This document shows, one piece after another, positions 9,299 through 19,400 of a stretch of DNA of 51,981 bases. Source of the DNA: an uncultured Rhodopirellula sp. (GTDB taxonomy: Bacteria > Planctomycetota > Planctomycetia > Pirellulales > Pirellulaceae); contig CAXGAI010000032.1 of the NCBI GenBank assembly GCA_964007735.1, positions 1 to 51,981 on the forward strand, read 5' to 3'. How positions within the stretch are numbered: position 1 is the first letter of the stretch; every line of letters begins with the position of its first letter. The notes below the pieces were generated by a model that was not told the DNA's origin, did not search any database, and was given only the letters and a program-made list of their open reading frames with translations. The position numbers and the translations under genes are program-made.

Positions 9299-10353
9299 AA
9301 GTTGTGTGATGTCTGGTCGACTTGCTCCGCCTGCATCTTATGGTTGATGATCCCGATGGCGCTGGCTTTCAGTTGGAACACGACGATAAACCAAAGAACA
9401 AATCCTACGAGGGAGAGTAGCCCGCCAATGAATGGGATGATGGATGCTGTCTGCATAATACAGAAAGCCAATGCCAGGCCAACCGGTGGCTGCGGGCTTG
9501 AGATCCCTTGGCGTTGATAGTACTTGCTCATGTGATCGGCTAATTTCCAGTAGGTAATAAACATGATAATCCACCAGGCAATTAGTGCGATGAAGCTGAT
9601 AAGGCCGGAAAAGAGTGGATTGACGTCTGTTAGCATTACCCCAGCCAGGCCGATCCCGACGGGAATGAAGTGAAATCCAACGATCGATCCCGGACTAAAC
9701 TTCACGCTGGGGTCATCCTGAATCTGCGCCCATAGCGTGTGAAAGAATCCCAGGTAGCAGATGGTACCGATAAGCCACGGAATGAGACAAGGAATGGCTT
9801 TCACTCCCATCCCCTGAAGGAAGGCAATCCCTGCCGTTTCCTGTGCGTCGTCCAGATCAAGATTCTCAACCTCGCTGCGGTCGAAATCTGAAACTTCCTC
9901 CGCAAGGGAGAAAAGCATTTCTAGTTCGATTTCTTCTTCGCTTAAGTTCTCAAAGCGTTCCGGATTGTTCGACAAAACCGTAAAGAATGGCACTGCGATG
10001 ATGTAGATCAACCAAATCGTCGCTATGGTAAAGCTGATAATGACTCCCCATAAGTTCTTCCCGAGTCGGCCTCGATGATCGGGGTTCACCGAGCCGAATT
10101 CAAATGCCCTTTGCTGCGGAACTGCATAAGGATTTGTGGTGGATTTTACAGAATCTGCTGTAACGGGTCCGCCCCCAAAAGGGGTGTTGAGAGCAGGTGC
10201 GGCCACTGGTTTAGGAAGTGGAAGAGCTTTCGTATCTTTTAAAATTTCAACGTGATGGCAGGACGGGCACTCCCCATGTTGTCCGAGAAGTGAAGTGGGA
10301 AGAGTCAGCGATTCACCACACTGACTGCACTTATATTCAAACGTATCTGCCAT
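9295..10353 (-). CDS. membrane protein with N-terminal zinc ribbon and several TM helices (DUF4328-like C-terminus)
   Basis: CSQC...CPSC, Pro-rich linker with NPY motif, several hydrophobic segments, SPGSIVGFHFIP motif. Confidence 0.75.
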   Translation of the reverse strand: MADTFEYKCSQCGESLTLPTSLLGQHGECPSCHHVEILKDTKALPLPKPVAAPALNTPFGGGPVTADSVKSTTNPYAVPQQRAFEFGSVNPDHRGRLGKNLWGVIISFTIATIWLIYIIAVPFFTVLSNNPERFENLSEEEIELEMLFSLAEEVSDFDRSEVENLDLDDAQETAGIAFLQGMGVKAIPCLIPWLIGTICYLGFFHTLWAQIQDDPSVKFSPGSIVGFHFIPVGIGLAGVMLTDVNPLFSGLISFIALIAWWIIMFITYWKLADHMSKYYQRQGISSPQPPVGLALAFCIMQTASIIPFIGGLLSLVGFVLWFIVVFQLKASAIGIINHKMQAEQVDQTSHNF

Positions 10354-10418
10354 GAGGCGGTGAGCTCCGATCCTGAATTGGTAATGCGAGTAATCCTCGC
10401 TCTATATATAATAAATGC

Positions 10419-12083
10419 ATGCAATTCTTGTTAAAAACTGCCGGATTAATATCGCTGTTGTTGGTTGGTGTGAACCAGGTACAGGCTCAGCCATTACGTG
10501 ATATTATTGATACTTTCGTTGTGGCGGCACAAGGTGAATCCAGTTCCAGTCAATCGGATTTGCTAGATGATTATGGGTTTGCACGAAGAGTACATCTCGA
10601 TTTAACAGGTCGGATCCCCACCGTTTCGGAAATACTTGAATTTGTAGGGGATCGTGATCAGCAGAAACGCGAGGCTCTGGTTGAACGGTTGCTTGCCTCG
10701 CCCGCATACGCCCGAAACATGCAATATGCATTTGATGTCATGTTCATGGAGCGTTTGCCGAAAAAGCATGTCCCTCCCGAAGAGTTTCAGGCATATCTTA
10801 GAAAATCGTTTGCCGAGAATAAACCGTACAATCAGCTTGCTGCCGAAATATTAACGGCTGATGGCTCTGTGCCCGAATTGCGAGCTGCGAGTCGGTTCTT
10901 GTTGGATCGGGAAATTAAACGTGAGGAGACGGTGCGTGCGATTGGCCGGGTCTTTTTGGGACGAGATTTACAATGTGCGCAATGTCATAATCATCCCAAT
11001 GTGGATGACTATTTACAGCAGCATTACTATGGTGTCGCAGCATTTCTGCAGCGGAGCTATCTGTTTACTGACCCATCCTCCAAAGTAGTGTCGATCGGGG
11101 ACAAGATAGAGGGAGACGTAACTTTCACGTCGGTATTTACTGGCGAAGACGGGAAAACGCAGCCACGCATCTTAGAACTACCGGAAATTAAAGATCCCCA
11201 ACAAGAAGAACAACCCTATGAAGTAAAACCCGATGCTAAGAATCGCGGAGTGCCAAAGTACTCGCGGCGACTCCAGCTTGCGCCGGCGATGACGAGTGCC
11301 GATAATCTGGCATTTCGACAGAACATTACGAATCGCATTTGGGCCATGCTACTTGGGCAAGGGTTTGTTGAACCTCTCGATATGTTTCATGCAGGTAATG
11401 TCGCTTCGCATCCGGAATTGCTGACTGCAATGGCTGATGAGTTTATGGCACATGGCTATGATATCAAGTATCTGATCAAAGAGATCGTAATGACCCAGAC
11501 CTATCAGCGGCAATCCGAACTGAAGTCACAAGAGCTTGCCGATGAAAAACCACGATATCTAAGTGGAACTTTGAAGCCCTTGAGCCCCGAGCAGTTCGCC
11601 TGGTCGTTCCTTCAGGCGGTCGGGATGGTGGGAAAGACAGAGCGAAGTGTCATTGCCGGTTTGAAAAAAGAAAATGCCGGCTTCAGGGAAGTGACAGCTG
11701 AAAGTGCGGTGCTCATTGAGGAAAAGGTGAGTGAAGCACTGAATTCCCAGGTCGATTCCATTGTGAAAGTGTTTGCCGGCAGCAATGCAGCATCCAGGTT
11801 TGACGCCTCAGCTAATCATGCGTTGTATCTACTTAATGGTCCCGAAGTGGCTAAGTGGCTGGCGAGTGGTCAGGATATGCTGTTAGACCAGTTGCTTAAG
11901 ACGGACGATAAAAAGGCTCTTGTAGACAACGCATTTTTGGCAATCTACTCTCGTTTGCCGCATGATTCAGAATCAAAACTCGCAGTGGAATTCATCAGTG
12001 TTGCAGAACAAGGACGTGAAGAAGCTGTTCGCGAGCTTGTTCGTACTCTACTCTGTAGTGCAGAATTCCGATTTAATAAATAG
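10419..12083 (+). CDS. DUF1549/DUF1553 (PSD1) planctomycete cytochrome c domain protein
   Basis: Signal peptide, RRVHLDLTGRIPT, CAQCHNHP haem motif, NRIWAMLLGQG, SHPELL, C-terminal SAEFRFN. Confidence 0.92.
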   Translation: MQFLLKTAGLISLLLVGVNQVQAQPLRDIIDTFVVAAQGESSSSQSDLLDDYGFARRVHLDLTGRIPTVSEILEFVGDRDQQKREALVERLLASPAYARNMQYAFDVMFMERLPKKHVPPEEFQAYLRKSFAENKPYNQLAAEILTADGSVPELRAASRFLLDREIKREETVRAIGRVFLGRDLQCAQCHNHPNVDDYLQQHYYGVAAFLQRSYLFTDPSSKVVSIGDKIEGDVTFTSVFTGEDGKTQPRILELPEIKDPQQEEQPYEVKPDAKNRGVPKYSRRLQLAPAMTSADNLAFRQNITNRIWAMLLGQGFVEPLDMFHAGNVASHPELLTAMADEFMAHGYDIKYLIKEIVMTQTYQRQSELKSQELADEKPRYLSGTLKPLSPEQFAWSFLQAVGMVGKTERSVIAGLKKENAGFREVTAESAVLIEEKVSEALNSQVDSIVKVFAGSNAASRFDASANHALYLLNGPEVAKWLASGQDMLLDQLLKTDDKKALVDNAFLAIYSRLPHDSESKLAVEFISVAEQGREEAVRELVRTLLCSAEFRFNK

Positions 12084-12122
12084 AAACCAGAGACCTCCCA
12101 GAAAACTTGAAGGAATTGAACA

Positions 12123-13391
12123 ATGACTATGCGAAGAAACGCAGGGTGTAACACGGTGGATCATCATGTAACGCGTCGTCAATTCATGGGTACCGGAGCG
12201 ATGGCGGGAGCGATGGCCGGGTTTGGCAGTCTTCTAACTCCGGCAATGGCGGGAGAAATGAAGTCGAAGCAAAAGCAAATTCTTCAGGTGTATTTACAAG
12301 GCGGCGTCAGTCAGTTCGAGTCTTGGGACCCTAAGCCAGGGACGAAATACGGCGGTCCGTTTCGGCCCATTTCCACGAGTGTACCTGGAGTGCAGATTTG
12401 TGAACTATTGCCGTACACTGCTCAGAAGATGCATTTACTTTCTGTTGTACGCAGTATTAATTTGGAGACAGACGACCACACCGTGGGGAGACTGTTTATG
12501 GAGAAGGGTCGGAAGAACGGTGATTACCCGTTTGTAGGGGCTGTTGCTTCAAAGTATCTTACAACGCCCGATAATCCGCTCCCAGGATATGTCCATATCA
12601 CAACGCGAGGGATCGTAGATCAAACCGCCGGATTTCTTGAGTCCAAGCATGCGATGATGCGTTTGGAAGGAGTCAAGCCACCGACAAACCTGGAACGGCC
12701 TCAAGGAGTGCCAAAAGAGTTAGCTGTTCGCGCCGAGGGGTTGCGAAAACAGTTGAATAACCAGTTTGGAGGGAAACGAAGTCGGACACTAATTGATTCT
12801 TATGACACTTCGTTCGAGCAGGCACAGCAACTCATGGCTCGTGCTGATCTGTTCGAAAAACAGGATGAAAAAGAATTAGATCGTTACGGTCGACACTGGT
12901 TTGGTCGTCGTTGCTTATTAGCCAGAACCTTGCTTGAAGAAGGTGTAACCTGCGTGAAAGTTACTCACCATGGATATGACACTCATGCGGAGAACTTCAA
13001 TTTCCATGTCGAACAGTTAGACGAGTTCGATAAGACATTTGCCACATTATTAGGAGATATTGAAAAGCGCGGGATGTTGGATAATGTTCTCGTGGTTATC
13101 TATTCAGAATTCGGCCGAACGCCCAAAGTGAATCACAAATATGGACGTGATCATTGGGGGAAATCGTTCTCGATCGCTTTGGGGGGCTGTGGAATTCAGC
13201 CTGGCGGTGTCATTGGCGCCACAAATGCTGACGGAACTGAAGTATCGGAAGGAGAAGTTGACGGGGCACACCTGTTTCATACTTATATGCAGGCTGTGGG
13301 CATCGACTCTCAATCTAACCACGAGTTGGATGGACGGGCAGTCCCTATTGGTGACCCGGTCGCGGCCCCTATTAAGGAGTTGCTGGCGTGA
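12123..13391 (+). CDS. DUF1501 domain protein (Tat-type signal)
   Basis: TRRQFM, LQGGVSQFESWDPK, GYDTH, SEFGRTP, GRDHW. Confidence 0.93.
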   Translation: MTMRRNAGCNTVDHHVTRRQFMGTGAMAGAMAGFGSLLTPAMAGEMKSKQKQILQVYLQGGVSQFESWDPKPGTKYGGPFRPISTSVPGVQICELLPYTAQKMHLLSVVRSINLETDDHTVGRLFMEKGRKNGDYPFVGAVASKYLTTPDNPLPGYVHITTRGIVDQTAGFLESKHAMMRLEGVKPPTNLERPQGVPKELAVRAEGLRKQLNNQFGGKRSRTLIDSYDTSFEQAQQLMARADLFEKQDEKELDRYGRHWFGRRCLLARTLLEEGVTCVKVTHHGYDTHAENFNFHVEQLDEFDKTFATLLGDIEKRGMLDNVLVVIYSEFGRTPKVNHKYGRDHWGKSFSIALGGCGIQPGGVIGATNADGTEVSEGEVDGAHLFHTYMQAVGIDSQSNHELDGRAVPIGDPVAAPIKELLA

Positions 13392-14632
13392 CAAACGAAG
13401 AACAAGATACGATAGAAACCAATGAAACACAGGACACCACGCTTCCGCCGACTGCTGTTCCGGCCAATGCGAAAGAAGTGCAGAAATTCACTCACGCAGA
13501 AGCGCTTACGAACTGTCGGTTAGATCCGAGTGGGCGATACGCCTTTGCAGGTGCGGAAGACTTCGGAGTTTATCGCTGGAATCTTGAGACTGGTGAAAAA
13601 GTGGTTTATCGCGGGGTTCACGATAGCTGGGTACGGAGAATTGACTTTTCAAACGATGGAACACATGTTTTTACTTCCGGTTGGGATGGTCGGGTCGTTG
13701 TCTGGGAAGTAGAGCCTAAGTCGGTTGAGGAAATTGCGTTGCCGGTCGAGAAGACGAGCGCAGGGCAAGCGGAACAAACTGACGGTGAAGCGGGGCAACA
13801 GGTGGTACCTGAGGTTGAACTCGTGGTCGAGAATCCCGTGCGAATTATCGATGCACATCGTGGATTCGCACGCTGGGTGCACGCAGGTCCCAATGGAAAG
13901 TATGTCGCCACCTGTGGTAATGATAAAGTGATTCGTCTCTGGGATGCCAAGCGATGGAAGCTCAGGAAAGAATTTTCCGGGCATGGGAGACATCCCTATG
14001 CGGTGATGATTCATCCTGACGGTGAAAGCCTAGTGTCCGAAGACTTGATGGGTGAGATATTTGTCTGGAATGCCAAAACGGGGCATCGGACGAAAGAACT
14101 CAAGTCTGGAATGACGGGCTTTGATAATAAATTTCAGGCTGATATGGGTGGGGCCAGAGATATGGCCTTTAATCAGAATGGCTCATTGGTAGGCTGCGCT
14201 GGAATTACCAACGTGGTGAATTCATTCGCCGGTCAGCAGGATCCGATTATTTGTATTGTCGATTGGGAATCTCAGGAAATTGCCTGTCATCTGCGGACAA
14301 AGAGTAATTCTCCGGGCGTGGCCTGGGGCGTTCGCTTCCATCCGGAAGGTTATGTCGTGGGCGCTATGGGGAATCAAAACGGCAAAGGAACCGTTGAATT
14401 CTGGTCCTTAGCTGAAGCCGCCGCCGACGATTCGGTGGAGGTTAAAGGCGAATCTACAGGATGTGAGGGCTCAGAGGACGTTAAAGTGGAAGAAGAAAAG
14501 AAACCTCGTGAAATCAAGCCGTTCCATGTGGTGGAGGTAGACAAACCGGTCCGTGGAATCGATTTCACGAAAGATGGCCGCCGCTTTATTGTCGCCTGTA
14601 GTGATGGTTCATTGCGGGTGTATCAGATCTAA
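13388..14632 (+). CDS. WD40 repeat beta-propeller protein
   Basis: Repeats HDSWVRRIDFS..TSGWDGRVVVWE, H..ATCGNDKVIRLWD, DGSLRVYQ; GTGA overlap with the DUF1501 stop. Confidence 0.9.
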   Translation: MTNEEQDTIETNETQDTTLPPTAVPANAKEVQKFTHAEALTNCRLDPSGRYAFAGAEDFGVYRWNLETGEKVVYRGVHDSWVRRIDFSNDGTHVFTSGWDGRVVVWEVEPKSVEEIALPVEKTSAGQAEQTDGEAGQQVVPEVELVVENPVRIIDAHRGFARWVHAGPNGKYVATCGNDKVIRLWDAKRWKLRKEFSGHGRHPYAVMIHPDGESLVSEDLMGEIFVWNAKTGHRTKELKSGMTGFDNKFQADMGGARDMAFNQNGSLVGCAGITNVVNSFAGQQDPIICIVDWESQEIACHLRTKSNSPGVAWGVRFHPEGYVVGAMGNQNGKGTVEFWSLAEAAADDSVEVKGESTGCEGSEDVKVEEEKKPREIKPFHVVEVDKPVRGIDFTKDGRRFIVACSDGSLRVYQI

Positions 14633-14659
14633 AAAAAGGAGCTTCGTTGAAGCTCTCCT
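14631..14659 (-). terminator. intrinsic terminator for the minus-strand sulfatase (may be bidirectional)
   Basis: GAGCTTC-gtt-GAAGCTC stem preceded by A7 on the + strand (U7 on the minus strand), between convergent genes. Confidence 0.65.
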
Positions 14660-14690
14660 CGCGGAAATCTTAGTCGTCAGAATAAGTCAC

Positions 14691-16118
14691 CTATTTCTTT
14701 GCGATAGGTTTCTTGGCACCCGTTTCTTCGAGGTGTTCTTTTAGTTCTCTAAGTAACTGGCCGGTCACTTCGGGTTCATCGTCGACCAGATTGTGCAACT
14801 CACCAATGTCTTTTACCAGATGGTAAAGTTCGATCTTCATCGGATCATAATAATAGATCAGCTTCCAGTTTCCATTGCGAACAATCGAGTATGGATCATC
14901 GCCGCCACGATGGCGATAATGCGGGAAATGCCAGAATAAGGAACGTTCGGGACCCTGCTCCCCTTTAAGTATTTCGGTCAAGTCCAACCCGTCTAGAAGG
15001 TGGTTCTTAGCGACGGAAGTGTCCGTTATTGAGGCAATGGTTGGGAAAAGGTCGACGCTGGTGATGGGTGTTTTGTTGACGGTCCCAGGTTGGGTGACTC
15101 CTGGCCAACGCACGATCCACGGCACGCGAATTCCCCCTTCGGTTGCAAAGCCTTTGCCGATCTTCAGAGGAGCGTTATCGGTCGGATTGTCATTGCGATC
15201 AAGACCTCCATTGTCACCCGTAAAGATGATGACGGTATTATCCGTGAGTTCGTGTGCTTCGAGAGTTTCTAATAATCGCCCCATCGAATCATCCAGGCTT
15301 TCAAGCATGGACGCATAAATCGCGTTGTCTTGCCCTTTTCCGTCTTTCAAAGGAATATACTTTTCGGTGACCGACTGCTTTGCCTGAATGGGGGTGTGAA
15401 CGGTGTAGTGAGATAGGTAGAGTAAGAATGGCTTGTCTTTATGGCGACGAATAAATCCTACGGCTTCGTCGGCCTCTCGATCCGTTAGGTATTCCCCCTC
15501 TTTACGGGGCTTTAATGTGGGAATACCTTCCTGTAGACGCTTGTTTGTATAAGGGTCGAAGTAGCTGGGAGGCTGGCCATAGTCCCATCCACCAAAGTTT
15601 TCATCAAATCCCTGGTCCGTCGGCAAATACCCTTTTCCACCGAGGTGCCATTTGCCAATAAAGCAGGTGGCATATCCAGCAGGTTTTACTAGCTCAGCCA
15701 AAGTTATTTCGTTATGTGATAAGAAAGATTTGTTTACAGGAGTCAAATAATTGAGCCCTGCATCGTGATACCCGGAACGGTTAGAATTTGGCCCTTGACG
15801 GCCACCTAATTGGAATTCAGCGCGAATCCAGTCAGTGATTCCAAGGCGATGAGGGTGTCGGCCTGTCATTAAAGCTGCCCGAGTTGGTGAGCATACAGCA
15901 CATGCCGCATAGCCATCTGTAAACCGTGTCCCTGTTTCCGCAAGACGATCGATATTAGGGGTTTTGTAAAAGTCAGAGCCCTGAATACTTAGGTCCATCC
16001 AGCCCAGATCATCTACCAAAACGACAATCACGTTAGGTTGTCGTTTGGTTTTGGCGGCTGCTGCCAGAAAAGTTGAACTGGACAGTAATATGAGAAGGGT
16101 TGGTAATAATCTTGGCAT
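14691..16118 (-). CDS. secreted sulfatase (formylglycine-dependent, family S1)
   Basis: Signal peptide, VDDLG, CSPTRAALMTGR, GKWHLG, GDNGG, EGGIRVP. Confidence 0.95.
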   Translation of the reverse strand: MPRLLPTLLILLSSSTFLAAAAKTKRQPNVIVVLVDDLGWMDLSIQGSDFYKTPNIDRLAETGTRFTDGYAACAVCSPTRAALMTGRHPHRLGITDWIRAEFQLGGRQGPNSNRSGYHDAGLNYLTPVNKSFLSHNEITLAELVKPAGYATCFIGKWHLGGKGYLPTDQGFDENFGGWDYGQPPSYFDPYTNKRLQEGIPTLKPRKEGEYLTDREADEAVGFIRRHKDKPFLLYLSHYTVHTPIQAKQSVTEKYIPLKDGKGQDNAIYASMLESLDDSMGRLLETLEAHELTDNTVIIFTGDNGGLDRNDNPTDNAPLKIGKGFATEGGIRVPWIVRWPGVTQPGTVNKTPITSVDLFPTIASITDTSVAKNHLLDGLDLTEILKGEQGPERSLFWHFPHYRHRGGDDPYSIVRNGNWKLIYYYDPMKIELYHLVKDIGELHNLVDDEPEVTGQLLRELKEHLEETGAKKPIAKK

Positions 16119-16483
16119 TGGTAGCTTTCAATATTGAATGAGTATTCGAGCTAGTGATTATAACCCAAATCAAGTTTGGCGTTTGTTTGGTATTCTGCAG
16201 CTTGTTACGGTGAATCCTCTTAGTTCGGAGTGTTCCACTTGCTCCAACTTCGCTTTAACAAAGTCCACGACTGAACAATACAGACAAGCCCCATCAATTC
16301 ATGCTTTTGTACTTGAGAGGCAACCTCTGCATAGGATCATCATGAATATACTAATCGGCACACCGATTGCATATAATACTTCCAGAGAAGCAAATGCACG
16401 ATAATGTGTAGTCGTTTTGTTGTTCAGCGAATGAGACATGTGTTATCGAAATGATGACATATTGTATGGGAGGAGTGATTGTT

Positions 16484-19400
16484 GTGAGTAATCATGCGAA
16501 TCGGGGCAGTCGTAATCGTTTTCGTAAACGCTTGTTTCTAGAGCAATTAGAACCAAGGCTTGTTTTGACGGGGTTGACTCCGCACTCTTTTGCCTTTGAC
16601 CTGATCGATCTCTACGATATGCGTCGTGCTCAGGAATTTCAGGAAGTGGATGGAGATGGGATAGGAATTGCTATCATCGATACTGGCGTAGATACTTCTC
16701 ATCGAATGTTTACAGATCGTGTCGTGGCCAATGTTGACCTGGTTTACCAGACCGAAGGGAATTATTTTACTTCCGGTCACGGGACTCATGTTGCTGGTAT
16801 TGCGGCCGCATCGGATCCAGATATCGGTATTGCTAACAAAGCCGATATCATCTCTCTCCAGGTGTTCTCAGAGACCGACGGCTATTCATCCTGGGTTCAG
16901 ATTCTTGAAGCACTGCAGTGGGTGCGTGAGAATCATCATGACCACAATATCAAAGTGGTGAATATGTCGCTTGGTGGAGGGCTTTTTGCTACTTCCAGTG
17001 ATGCTGCAGCGGTCACTCAGGACGTTTATCGTGAGATTCTCAACCTGGAGCGTTTGGGTATCACGGTGGTGAGTGCTGCCGGAAATGAGTATGGAATTGA
17101 TCGGAACGGCCAAACTCAAATGGTTCGTAATGCGAATGCTCCCGGAATTTACAGCACGCTTGTGGTTGGTGCCGTGTGGGAATCCTACGAGGGTGGAGGA
17201 ATTTGCATGGGAGAACAGGTTTGTGATGTGACGACGGCTTCGGATCGAATTGTGCATTTCAGTCAACGTCCCCCAGCCCAGGACAACGTTGTGTTTGCTC
17301 CGGGGGCATTCATACTTAGTAGTGTACCGGGAAATGAATTTTCAGAGCTGGCCGGCACGAGTATGGCGTCGCCCATGGTTGCAGGGACGGTTGCTTTAAT
17401 GCAGGATGCTGCCATGACATTTGGCGGACGATACCTGGAAACCGCAGAAATCCAGGAGATCATCCGGACTTCTTCCGATGTGATCCATGATGGAGATGAT
17501 GAAAACTCAATCACCACCGTTGATGGAGTAGCTTTCAACTACACCAACACAGACTATCCTCGTATTAACGTTCACCAGGCTGTGAAAGCAGTACGAGAAT
17601 TGGTGGAGAGTAACGCTGAGCGGGAAGATCGGTATGAAATAAACAGCGGGGATGCGAATAGCACATTAAGCGGAGCTTATCAGGGACCGGCCCTACCGTT
17701 GCGTTGGAGTATTTTTGATAATGATCCCAACGAAGCAGTGAAGCTCAAGGGAATTCTCGGAAAAGATGGGCGTCGTTTTGAAACGGGTGACGCCGATGTT
17801 GATATGTTTCGCTTCGAAGTTACCGCCCCTGGAGTGGTGATATTGCAAACCGAAGCCTGGGGTAATCGAGAACCGGCGGATACCCTGCTACGCCTGTTTG
17901 ATGAAGATGGAACACCACTTGTCTCCAATGATGACTATGACAATACGACGTATTCCCATCTGGAAGCGGCCTTGCCGGTAGGTGTGTACTACGTGGGTGT
18001 CAGTGGTTCCGGTAATGATAATTACTCCCCGATCCATCCGGGTTCCGGGACGGCCGCAGATCGAGGTTATTACAAACTAGCGTTTAGTTGGGCCAATGAT
18101 GATCTCAATGGTTTTCTAGATACCGCAGTTCAGGTTAGTTTTAACCAGGGCGAAACCGCGTTCACTGGCTTGATCGGCGAAGATTATGGCAATCATGTGG
18201 GAACGCAGGATGTCGATTTGTTTCGTTTGGTTGTCCCGGACGATGGGAAAGTATTGGTGGATATCGATACTCCCTTCACCGAAGGTTATGTCAATTCGTT
18301 TTTAAGAGCATTTGATGCTGATGGAAATGAGTTGGTTTACAGTGATGATCAGTTACAAGTCGATCCGTTTGGGTATTCTGTGGAATACGTTGATGGAGCC
18401 TATCCTGGTTATGTGTTTGATCATCCGACAGATCGGCAGTACTTTGACGGGCATACAACAGACAGTTTTCTTATGGGCTCTGATCTGGAACAAGGTCAGG
18501 TCCTTTATTTCGGTGTTTCCGGTCAACGCAATCATAGCTACAACCCGATGAGTGTAGATGCTCGTCCGCCGACGTATGGTGGATTTTACGAAGTTGAGTT
18601 CCAATTTGTTTCGAAGGATCTTACAGGCAATATTAATCAGTCGATGGTCCTGCCCGACGCGAATACTTGGTACGAAGAACTGATCTACTATGACTGGGAT
18701 AGTGTTGCCGGAGATTGGGCAGAGGTTAGCGATAAAGATATTGACTTCTTTCAGGTTACCCCGACGATAACGGGTGTCCTCGAGTTTGATGTTGATTCCT
18801 ATGTCCTCGAGGATAATGACGATGATTTGGATAGCGTTATTACCGTGTTTGATTCTTATGGGAATTACATTGCACAGCGGGATTGGGACTTCGTCGAAAA
18901 TGGCAGTTGGGATGCTAAGATTCATTTGGCGGGGACGGCTGGTGAAACTTATTACTTTGCGGTAAGCGGTTTGGGAAATCAGGCATTTGATCCGTTTGTA
19001 ATTGGTGATGCTGTTCCGGGTGCTACGGGTTACTACCAAATGAAGTGGGATGAGTTCGGCCCCGAAGCATACACTCTTTTGACGGATGATAAATTATCCC
19101 ATCTTGGAATTCTTGACTTGGTTGTCGGCGATTCTCGTTCCGCCGAGATTGGCTATGATGACACCTTTGTTTTGACAGCAGAAGATGTTGATTTATACCG
19201 CTTCACACCGGAAGAAGCGGGTGACTACATGATTTGGACTGATAGTTCTCAGGCATGGAGCGCCGATACTGTTCTACGTCTGTTTGATGCCGACGGAAAT
19301 GAGTTGGCTCAAAATGACGACGACCCGTATGGTGGCCTGGGTAGTTTTCTTCATTATGAATTCGCAGCGGATACGTCGTATTATCTAGGTGTCAGTGGCT

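Noticed and set aside
16127..16138. 12-bp palindrome TTCAATATTGAA upstream of the sulfatase
   Set aside because: Short and AT-rich; a few such palindromes are expected by chance in 52 kb.
16138..16404. 88-aa ORF in the sulfatase/peptidase divergent gap
   Set aside because: No SD or motif, and it overlaps likely promoter elements (TATAAT on both strands); probably spurious.
18353..19039. 228-aa antisense ORF inside the S8 peptidase, and the many other 60-150 aa overlapping ORFs
   Set aside because: Shadow frames of well-supported genes; no recognisable motifs.
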